Assembly: GCF_000150275.1 (NCBI RefSeq)
Contig: NW_002060950.1
Coordinates: 68,679-132,678, forward strand
Direction of reading: 5' to 3'
Origin: Trichoplax adhaerens
Taxonomy: Eukaryota > Animalia > Placozoa
Length of the DNA: 64,000 nucleotides
Part shown: positions 1-13,000 of the stretch, in pieces
Layout: each line of letters starts with the position of its first letter
How positions within the stretch are numbered: the first letter of the stretch is position 1
Notes under the pieces: generated by a model
What the model saw: the letters and a program-made list of their open reading frames with translations, nothing else
Database searches by the model: none
What the model was told of the DNA's origin: nothing
Made by a program: the position numbers and the translations under genes

Positions 1-2586
1 ATTAATGTTAACTTGCTGACAGATTTTTTTGTACTGATGCAATCCTTCTTTGCATTGGTTATTATTACGCGTTTCTACACATAGCTGGATATGCATAAAA
101 ATGATTTCTTGGTGAACTTTCGTCCAAGTACGATGCTTTTTACTATTGATGACATCGTTTAAGCAAGCTAGTGCTTGTTCTTTTTTTCCAACTTCGATAA
201 ATTCTATACACGTATATAAAACGAATATTAATAAAAAAATTGCCTGCTATCACCTATCGTAATACGCTTTTATTACTGTACTGTACTCTGTTACAGTACT
301 ATATGAAGCACGCTTGTTCTGTACCGTACAGCATCTAAATTTGAATGCTCCGGTGCCAGGGACTTCTGAACTACAGTTCTTTCAGAAGTGTAGTTGTAAA
401 AGAAATCTCTTTCTTTTAGTAGTCCCTGAACGTGCGTAAATCCAAAGACCAAATCTCATGAATGTACAGTATACTGTAGTTTTAGTGCTCTGTATTTGTC
501 GTTAAAAGATGTCACCTGTACACTCAGTAACTTAGACTACACGAAAGCAATACTGAAATTTAATTTATGAAGTTATATAAGTAATACTGATCAGAATACT
601 CTATTAAATGATACAGAACGCGTACATGCAAATCATAATTAGTATAATCAGGCAAAGTTACGCATATATAATATTATACATATATACTTATATTATATAG
701 TATAATAATGTGAGAAATGTTATGTCCGTTTTCTGTCATACCGGTCGATCGGTGATTGTGTTGGCATTCTACAGCAACTACAGTCAGGGACTACTTAAAA
801 AATAGAGACATGACAGGAAACGGCCTTCAGTGCGAAATATTAATAACTGAGGCTATTATTTTTTCGGTCATACTACTATATGGTATCAAAGAAACGTACA
901 TCACCATACTGCATAAAACCAACTTAGCAGGCTAATAGCAGCTACTGTAATTTGATGTCAATCACGGACAGTATAATGAAACGTTGGGGACATGCGATAC
1001 ACTTGAAATGACCAGTAAAATAATTGGTCTACACATTATCAGTATAGTGAACGATCGTTTCCTGTCCTGTCTCTTTCAGTTTTAGTAGTCCAGGATACAG
1101 TACAGTATATTATACGCACTGTAAATTAAAATATGACTGTCTAACGCTCTATGCAGCGCCTGATTTGTCGGAAATATTTGAATGAGATCGCTAACAACGT
1201 TATTCCTACTGTTGCGTAATGTAGCTAAGTAAAAAAAAAGCTCCTAAGAAGATAATATACAGTGACGTTATTCCTGAACAGTACAGTAGTATCACTAGAG
1301 TTTGTACAAGTAGGAAGATAGCTCTCTGAACTACCTTCGACATAAAGATTGAAGTGGGTTTTACTGACTGTATGCAGTTAGGTACACCGATTTACTGTAC
1401 TGTATATTGCATAGTAAGGCATTAATATCGTCTGTAAATCGTAAAATATACAGTCTGTTCGAGGAAAGTGAAGCCAAAACTAATACAACAGGGCATAGGT
1501 TAGGATAGGATAATACAAGTATATTACTAAAAACAGCGCGCCATTTCCTTGACAGAATATATTCGGAGGATCTAACAACTAGGTTTTTCTTTTAGTGGTC
1601 CGTGATCCAGTACAGTACTACAGTATACAGTACGTATTGTACAGTACATTAACGGCACGTGACATTGCGTTGGGAAAACTTAATAATGCTACTCGTTGCT
1701 GTAAAGCATAAGTCACACATTCCGTGGACAGTATCCAATTTTACGTTAGTTACTGAATTAACACTCACTATGTAGTACACTAGTGGCAAAAAATACTTCG
1801 GTGCAAGCTTCGACTGAAGAAAATAAATGGTGTAAAGAATTATAGTATTTTATTCGCGAATATAGTGCAAATATTATAAACTGTACGTACTGTATAAGAT
1901 GCAGGCACATGTCATTGAACAGATGAAAAATAACTGTTGTACGTAACTCGAGGGAACATCCTAAAATTTTCCATCAGAACGCAGTTAGTAATTTATTACT
2001 TACTACGTAATACTGTAATTTAAGCCAAAAGTTAGCGTTGCTACTTTTAAACCATCATGCATTTTGGAGTTTTACATACAGACATGATGATAGTGTACTT
2101 AATTAATTAACAACACGTGTACAGGTAAAAGCCGTAATGTACAGTACTACTTTGCTGTACTGTACTGTTCGCAGTATTGAACTAGACTTAAAAAAAGTAT
2201 TTTGTTGGCACTGTATCTATAAACGGTGCGAATTACTGTATCAGGCCACCACCAGCACGAGAGTTAGAAAGGGACAAGGCCGTTCATATTTTAGACTAGT
2301 CGAAAGTGTTAAGCTTTTTTACATACTGCCAATGAGTAGCTAGACAAACGACCAACTCCATCATTTACTAATCTTTGAAATATTTATAGCGTTTACTATA
2401 ATAGCTTAGTATTAAGCCTTCCACTGTTGATCCAATTCTTGTACTGTATCTGTAATGTCTTACACCTACAATACGTATTCTTTTTACTAACAGAAAACTC
2501 AACTTTTACAGAATATGCATAAATCGATGACATTTACCTTTGGCGCGTTTTAGCGCATTTCCAGGTTTAGCAAAGTTTTCTCTCAT
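1..2586 (-). CDS. EIF3A: Eukaryotic translation initiation factor 3 subunit A, 5' part (exon 1 2586-2538, exon 2 203-<1; continues beyond the window)
   Basis: Spliced translation [84 protein letters not shown] matches the eIF3a N-terminus (PENALKRA..EF..VGKK..KKHRTW..KEGL.QYK.ICQQVN). The 2.3-kb GT-AG intron is phase 1. Not in the ORF track. Confidence 0.95.
357..428. mobile_element. 72-bp miniature inverted-repeat element (CAGGGACT ends)
   Basis: Begins CAGGGACTTCTGAA and ends TTTAGTAGTCCCTG. Same terminal motif as the element at 785-1094. No clear TSD. Confidence 0.5.
785..1094. mobile_element. MITE with ~39-bp imperfect terminal inverted repeats (hAT-like CAGGG terminus), in eIF3a intron 1
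   Basis: Left end CAGGGACTACTTAAAAAATAGAGACATGACAGGAAACG (785-822); reverse complement of right end (1056-1094) CCTGGACTACTAAAACTGAAAGAGACAGGACAGGAAACG. TACAGT occurs in both flanks. Non-coding interior. Confidence 0.7.
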
Positions 2587-2754
2587 GATAATTATACTGT
2601 AATCCTAATTTCTGCTTTGCAAATTATTCGATATTCCAGACGGCGAAATACATTTCTATAAAATCAATCAATCGATACTGCATGTTCTCTCAACTTTTCC
2701 CCGGAGCAATGTGAGATTTTACATAACGTACCCGCACATAGAGATTTTTTTACT

Positions 2755-2950
2755 TTCTGTACTGTACCGTACAGTACAGTACGTACAGTGTACTGTACTG
2801 TACAATACCGTAACTGTACTGTACAGTGTACAGTACAGTACAGTAATGATAGACAAGCTAATGTACTGTACTGTACACTGTACAGTACAGTACAGTATGC
2901 TAACTATTATACAGTACTGTACTGTAGTAAACTGTACTGTACAGTACTGC
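2755..2950. repeat. Degenerate TACAG/CTGTA pentamer array upstream of eIF3a (shared eIF3a/PACRGL promoter region)
   Basis: Dense runs such as ACAGTACAGTAC, TACTGTACTGTACA and ACTGTACAGT. Confidence 0.85.
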
Positions 2951-3246
2951 GTGCGGTCCTAGTCTTCCGATTGCATACGCACTTCCGATATAGCGAAATG
3001 ACCAGTTAAATAGTAAGCCTCCACATTTTTTTAAATGAAAATCGATGACAGTCCCTCTCTCTCTCTTCTTTAAGTATTCCCTGCTAATATCATAGTACTG
3101 TACTACAAGAAAAACCTTAACCATTACCGTACCCATGTAGCATGCTACATGGGTTCCCATAGTAATCAATACAAAATTTTGAATCAAAAATCGGAGTGTC
3201 TAGTTCTTGTCACTGATTTTAATTACAGTGGTAAGTGCTGTAGCAA

Positions 3247-3470
3247 GTACTGTACAGTGTACAGTACATTACGGTTGTGTGCAAAAACTTTGAACATGTC
3301 AACTACAAATTACAGGTTCTCGGATATTGGATCACGGGCACAGCTGCGGTACTGTACAGTACTGTACCGTACGCTGATACAACACTATGTACTGTACCGT
3401 AATGTACACTTGTACAGTACAGTACAGTACAATACAGTACACTCGAATATAAAGTACTGTATACTACAGT
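3247..3470. repeat. Degenerate TACAG/CTGTA array immediately upstream of PACRGL
   Basis: Runs such as GTACTGTACAGTGTACAGTAC and TGTACAGTACAGTACAGTAC, ending ~90 nt before ATG 3562. Confidence 0.8.
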
Positions 3471-3561
3471 ATTTATTACTATTTTTCGTCATTTAACTCA
3501 AGTCTTGTACTGTACAATATAGTCATAATAACATATTATTCGTTTTACATTAGCTACAGTA

Positions 3562-6209
<2,648 letters not shown>

Positions 6210-8583
6210 TTTAAGATCGAAAGGTGCGTAAAATGTAATAAATTTCTATTAGTGATGTATGTCCCATGTGTTTCTTGTTCCAAATTTATAGCTGTATTTG
6301 AATTTCCGGATCTGGGTATGAACGTCACAATACTAAATGCTTTGAATACCAAGAACTTGCGATTGCTTAATTTCAACAAAAACTAGCTAATAGAGTCGGT
6401 TGTCCGTTATATCAGCGTAATACTGTTCTGCCTGAGAAAGGCTCAGTCAATTATAACTATCGAAGTAAAAACTTGCAAAATGTTAACGTGTTTAAATTTA
6501 CATTGATTGAAGTTGGAATATTCTAAATGTAATTATTCGTCACTGTAATACATCCGTTGGCTAGGGGTACTTAGCCGCTCAATGTAACATCTCTCGATTT
6601 TGATCTTCAATTATAACTATTTTAGCTATTCAATGTTGAGGCATTAATAAGAAGTGCAAATGAAAAATTAGTTAAAGTAACAATAAACTTCAAAGACTTT
6701 ACTTCACTGTCAGTGTGTTAATTTCCATGGAACAACGTATAATGCATTCCGATTCTCTCACTGAACTTGAACATCTGTATCATCAGTAACGTGGACAACA
6801 GTATTTCCAGAACGAAAGCTCGTGTTAATGTGTCTACGATAAATTACAAAATTTATTATCCGAAACCCCTAAAACTAAAGAACCGCTCAACAAGTATGAC
6901 TTTGCGAGTCTTTAAATGGTGTATTTTTGTCTAATAGTTAGAGGAATGCGAATGCATATTATTAACATCTTGCATGCACGCTACAGATACGTGTATGAAT
7001 AAGTGAATATTATTTTCATAAGCTAACTCTAAAAAATTTTAACTTTAATGGTCAGTGTACTCGGCACTAGGTTGTGCATATACGAGTACAGTATATTATA
7101 TTATATTTTTTTTAATAAATCCCACCTGCCCTCCCTTGAAATGAGCAGCGCGGGGGGTATTTATACTACTCTTAGATGACTGTGATTATGGGTTCATTTC
7201 AATAGGTCAGTATAAGATTCTTACAGTACTATTTATCTCAAGATTTATTCATGTAAAACGAATAGCTCTAAGGTAGTAATTTTTGCAGAGTACTAATTAT
7301 TAAAATAGTATTCGTTATATCGCTAAGGGTGGCAACTGGGCCTTTAAATTTTGATTTGATGTAATATTCTGATGAAAATTGAATAAACATAGAATCTTAA
7401 TAGAGTTTTCTACACAGCCATTTTGATCGTTACATTTTCTTATAACGGTTGCTATCGACAGAGCAAGCTTTGCTTGCATACTCAAGCGATCCTTAGACAC
7501 ATTATAATGATTGGTATATAATTGACCACAGTACTAAGGACATTGTACCGCACTGTAGATATCTTACAGTACCTGCTAATCTTAACTTGGACATGTCCAT
7601 CACCGTACCGTACATTAGTTATCATAATGTGCTTTGTACCATTAACTAATCTTAATATAGCATTTCATCCGTGAATGCATTATTGAAAAGTACGGTAGTA
7701 TTCTACAAGCATAGCTATGAATATACTGTAGTAGTGCCTGGCTATTACCGGGATATACAGTATATAAATAATGTCGAATGGTAATACTATCTGTTAATTA
7801 TTAACAAATAAGTACATTAACGTAAACCGTCAGCAAAGCGATGTGAATTTGTACTAGATTGTACTAAATATGTACTTTATAAAAAATAGCGCAAAGGATA
7901 CACACATTCTACAGACGAATATTATTACGCACCCCTAACTTTTACTAATAAAGCATGGCAAATTAGATTTCAGTTACTTTAGACAGATACTGTATAATGA
8001 GGATGAAGTTCGCATTAAAATTGTTGCACTCTTAGGTCAGATTAGAAACGCCAGATATTTCTTGCACAGGCATGTTTACATAGTCAGGCTTTCGATAAGA
8101 CATGAAACCTAAGGCTTCTAGGAAGAAACATTTCTGATAAATGATCTACCCTAACGTACGGTATACGCGTACTGTATCTTGTCCGAATACTTCTTCATCT
8201 AGGAGTGACATTACTGTCAGTTGATTTTATCATTAATTAGGACCATCGTTTTGTTTTACAGTTAGGTTACATTTTCTTCGTTTTTCCGTTAATTTTTATT
8301 ATCTAAGAGTAACTTCTATATAAGGTAACAATCATGTTATTATTCATAAGCATCAATGACTTAGGACACGTTACGCATAGCAATAACAGCGAATCTTGGA
8401 TCACCTACCAGGTGATCTAAATCTGTTTAGCTTAGTGCTAGCAATAAATGAGGTATGATTTATATTGGTATTGCACCGCGCATTGACAGTAGCAAGTCCA
8501 ACAGAGCAGGATATAATTTTAAGTACAGAGATAAAAGTAGAACTAAATCCGTCACCTAACTGTAAATTTCTGGCTAACGATTC

Positions 8584-8661
8584 GCCTACAACTCTTCTTC
8601 CAATAACAGGGCTCTAAAATTTAGAGTTTACCTTGGCTATTATTATCATTACTTTGTAGGC
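8584..8661 (-). promoter_or_regulatory. SECIS element (type II) in the 3' UTR of the SelU gene
   Basis: Minus strand reads GCCUACAA-AGUA-AUGAU-AAUAAUAG-CCAA-GG-U-AAA-CUCUAA-AUU-UUAGAG-CC-CUGUUAUU-GGAA-GAAGAG-UUGUAGGC. This gives an 8-bp helix I, AUGA/GA core, helix II, unpaired AAA and a 6-bp apical ministem, ~245 nt after the stop codon. Confidence 0.85.
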
Positions 8662-8905
8662 TTGAAGATAGCCGGAGAAATCAATAGAGTGACTGCATTA
8701 ATTACTCTATATTGTACAGTACTGTATATGTATTATGTACTGTACCTATGTGTACGACGTAAGTGCATGTACAGTACACGTGCACTATACTGTAGCTATT
8801 AATCCAAAGTCATTGATTAAGGTAAGTACAGTATTCCAATTTCACCTGATTTTTCTTTCAAGCGTAATTAAGAAAATCAGCTAATACTGATAATTCTAAC
8901 TGGAT

Positions 8906-9571
8906 TTATCGAATCTTTTCACAAGCTGACATGACTTGATTAATATCAGCGTGGTGTCCGAAGTATTTTTGTCTATGCTCGAAGAGGATGCCTTGATCGC
9001 CTTTACCAACGACATAAAGGGCACCCAAAATTCTGCCTTCACCAACTAAATTTCCGGATACACCAGATTTCCATGCCTTGTAGGATGATTTCCAGAGGCC
9101 AAAGTTGAGAAATCCGGATAAAAACATATAACGCTGATTTCGCTCACCGCCGTAGAACCGTTTTTCAGTATCCAGATAAATTTGACCTTTAAAATAGTCT
9201 CTAAACTCATCTATGCCAATGTCTTCATGCACAACGCCAATTAAACGTACGCCTAATTTATCTAGTTTAGGCTTGATGGAGGAAACTTCAAGTGCTTCCT
9301 CCCTGCATACATGTCATCCGGGTCTTCTCACAGCTAATATGACAGCACCAGTTCTTTTCCATAAATCACCAGCACTTAAGGACGGTAATGTGGATTCCTT
9401 CCTATCGACTCGTTTAGAGTTTTGTTCTAGAAATATCAATCTAGCTTCATTTAAATATCGGACATCAGAATTTGGAGGTGACGGCCAAAAATCATGATTG
9501 GAGTAAGCTATTGCTGCAAAAACAGCAGCTGCAGAAGCAGCTTTAATCAAGGAAGTGATTGTCCACTCCAG
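8906..9571 (-). CDS. PRXL2A: Selenoprotein U / peroxiredoxin-like 2A (FAM213A family), UxxC form; TGA at 9316-9314 read as Sec; start uncertain
   Basis: Track ORFs 9314-9550 and 8906-9232 are one frame: ..GAVILAVRRPG-U-HVCREEALEVSSIKPKLDKLGVRLIGVVHEDIG..YFKGQIYLDTEKRFYG..GNLVGEGRILG..QGILFEHR. The TGA aligns with the first Cys of the family RRPGCxxCREEA motif. A SECIS lies downstream. Confidence 0.93.
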
Positions 9572-9655
9572 ATTGCCGAGAATAAGAGAGAAGTAAATCT
9601 TAACGTTCGTATCGTCTACTTATTTATTCACTTTTCTTCTTTTTTGCTCTGTATA

Positions 9656-9907
9656 TACTGTACAGTACAGTACAGTACAGTCTGTTGTTAAGGGTGGGTT
9701 AACTCGGTACAGTTTGCCTAACTGTACACTGTACAGTACACTACAGTACAGTACAGTACAGTGCAAGAAAATCGTACTGTACAGTACAGTACTGTACTGT
9801 AAGTTCTACAGTAAGTACCTTACAGTGGTTGTTAAGTTATTTGTTGCCGCCTGCTCGTACTGTACGGTAACATGAACTACGGTACAGTACAGTACAGTAC
9901 AGTACAG
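9656..9907. repeat. TACAG/CTGTA array between divergent SelU and WDR91
   Basis: Several (TACAG)3-4 runs and ACTGTACAGT palindromes within the ~530-bp head-to-head interval. Confidence 0.85.
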
Positions 9908-10098
9908 CAAAATCTTCGCGCTTGCTTTTCACTGGCACTGTTTTGCAACTTCCGTCATATATACTGTATCTAGACCTCTTTGTATCCATTAACCTCGGTA
10001 AATGTTATAGTAAATGTTAAAAACGCTTCCATGTTTTAGCAAGGAATTACCATACTGTACTGTACAGTATTTTATTACGGTTTATTGAAAAAATCAAA

Positions 10099-13000
10099 AT
10101 GACTGCCGCCATTCCAGTGTTAGATGAGAAAATTAAGGAGTATTTCCTATTTCGTGGATTTACGGAAACATTAAAAAGCTTTGAAGCCGAAATCAAAGCC
10201 GATAAGAATAAAAGCTTCAAGGTAAATTAAAAGAATTCTGATTCGAGCTAACATTTTACAAAGTTGTATAGGTTTTGTAAATACAGTAGTGATCTTTAAT
10301 TCTTGATGCATTGACGTTATTTACGTAGCGTACGCGTATTGTATCCACATAAAACAATTATAATTATATTAACACGATTTTAAAGCCTACGATAAGTTAT
10401 ACTTAGCTCAGGAAGAGTTCAGGTTTTCGTTTAATGCGTATACTGGTAGCAGTAATCGTTTCTTTGGAAATTATGCTGTGAAGCTGTGATATCACGTATC
10501 ATGCAAATGATAATTATAATGTGCACCAGCGAAGCCCCTGCTGTGTACCAACACCAACTGTGATGGGAGCGATTCAACATTCACTACAATTTTGCCTCTA
10601 TGTTCACAACTCTGCAGAGTTCTCGTCTGTACTATTGTGCTACACTTGTAGGAGGAATAGAAAAGGAAAAGAAAAGTGTTACTGTATTTAAAGCTCAGTA
10701 TAAGTGCTTGCTCGTTTTCTCGAAATTTTATGTACTGTATAATATTTGTAGGATACGAAACGTACAGTATTGTACAGTATCGTATTTCGAACACTAGAAA
10801 ATACACGATTATACATTTACTTACAGTTAGTGTATTAGTGTGTATCTGCTGAATAAATATCGTAATGGATGACAACACTATTCACTGATTGAAACAGCTT
10901 AGTGATAATTTGCTGCCAACCTTCGCTATTACACCTATTCTACTGTATTCTATTTAAAATACAATATACAGTACAGTACCATCAGTTTGTCGCTTACTAC
11001 GGCTAAAGTATACAGTACAACTAAAATTTTCATTCCTAGTTATTTCTATTTACTGTACAGTAACGGTACCATATACAGTAGCTGAAATTTCGAGGTCATT
11101 CGTTTAGCGCTATACGGGTATTAATTGACTAGGTATGCTACAGTAGTACAGTAAATTAATTTACAGTATATTTACGTTTTATAGAATTATCGAACTGCTT
11201 CGGAGTCTGAGCTATTCACTAATTAGAAATGTCCGATTCAACCACGTTGCACAGAAAGCAGTAAGTGCGATGTCTGACAATATGCGCTGAATGCAGCCCA
11301 AAGTATTAATAGGCATTTTCGCATTAGGTGCTATCAGTATAGCAGGAAGGACTAAATGCATTTTTTTGATAGAAACCTTTATGAAGTAAAATAGTAAATA
11401 GCTCAACTAGCATTTACTAGTGTATCCTATTTACGGGATTAGAAATCACAATTGTGGCATTCTATTAAATGAATAAAAACTGAAAAATTGAGATTAACTT
11501 TCTTGTTGAATATACTCGTAATTATCAAAAATTAGTACAGCATCGTAAGATACTATAATTGATCACATGTCTTTCATGCTTGCGTGGACAGACATACTCA
11601 CTTCCTTTATAAGATTTCTGTCATACTCGATGTTTTGGGTTGATTGTGATCATTGATTACTTTTGGCGAAAATACTTGTGCAACTTGATGAGATAAAACA
11701 GTTATATTTTTAATTGAGTTCGTAATCCCTATAGATATTTAATTAAACAAATTTTATTGTACTGATATATACAGCAACGTAAACTTAGACTATGGAGGAT
11801 ACCTCGGTAAACGTAATAAGTGTATAGGCCTCCACCAGGGATTACTGTAAAATCTGGTTTTATACGAAGTAGCTATGTTAAGTAGGCATACAATTGAGCT
11901 GTAGCTTCTGTACGTGGTAGACGTACAGGATAGAATGGAAAGAAAATTTAATAACATAAAATAATTTATTTATTATTGTATTCTGTTAGGTATTTATTTG
12001 CATATAGTTATATTGATAGATGACAGGTAGACGTTTTGATACATTCCGCTTAATTTGGTTATGCTAGATTGGAAAAATTATCGAACAATTGCTTTATCAT
12101 ATAAAGTCTTACGACATTGTTGGCTTAAAAGAATTTTATGCTGGCTTAGACAGACAATTTTTTTGCCGACTGGAACGTAATCAACTACCGAACGTCCGTC
12201 GTGTTGAAAATGGATTGCTTCGTTATTATTTAGTGAACGCAGTTCAAAATAATAAGCATGAAAAGGTCATTGAATTTTTTCAGAAATACTCGGCTGAATT
12301 ACTAAATCAGAGTGATTGGAAGGAGTGGTTTGGTAAGTTTATATAAAAATAAGAACTACGAAGCTTAATATAGCATAAGATTCTTCGTGTAACGTAAAAG
12401 CTAAGTTCTGTACTTAATTTCCTATGTGATGCAAATAGTATCAGCCATTTAAGTGCATTTTCGTAGCTGAAGTGACTGCTTAGGCTATATTGTAATCAGT
12501 AACTATACAACTCAGTCGCCTTCGATAAACTCGGTATATTAATCTAATAAGTAATCTTTGTTTAACCATAGAGATAGTTTTAATATATGTTACTATTTTA
12601 ATAGCCTTGCCCTTTGTAAAGAATCCAGAGCAAAGCCCCACGTTTTCTATTTATTTTCACAAATCTTGGTTAGAATCATTTGTGCTATCTTTACACAACT
12701 TCCTGAGCGTAATATGCCACACCATGCATATCCTTTATATTAATATCAAAGAGAGTATACAAAGGTCAATGCTTTCTTGGCGTTAAATGTGCTTTGATTT
12801 TCATTAATTTTATTTATTAATGAATATGGATCACTTCAGCTTATGCGTCATTTAGTCTGGATAATAAGAGCTACCAAATGTACCTTCTTTAATACTTACA
12901 TCCTTGTAATTGTAGAATATTACGTTATTTAATTATTATTACAGCTATTTATTATAAACTATTGATTCACTAATAGCGCTTATAGACCTTAATCAAGTTT

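Noticed and set aside
2711-3496. ORFs rich in YCTV/TVQY/VLYS (also 2137-2343, 9494-9691, 22732-22950, 60772-61089)
   Set aside because: They are translations of the TACAG/CTGTA repeat, which has few stop codons; no protein-like features.
9314-9316. TGA as a pseudogenising nonsense mutation
   Set aside because: It falls exactly on the redox Cys position, the rest of the frame is intact, and a SECIS is present.
9656-9907. Repeat blocks with spacers as a CRISPR array
   Set aside because: Units are degenerate 5-mers with no constant 25-40 nt repeat, there are no cas genes, and the context is eukaryotic.
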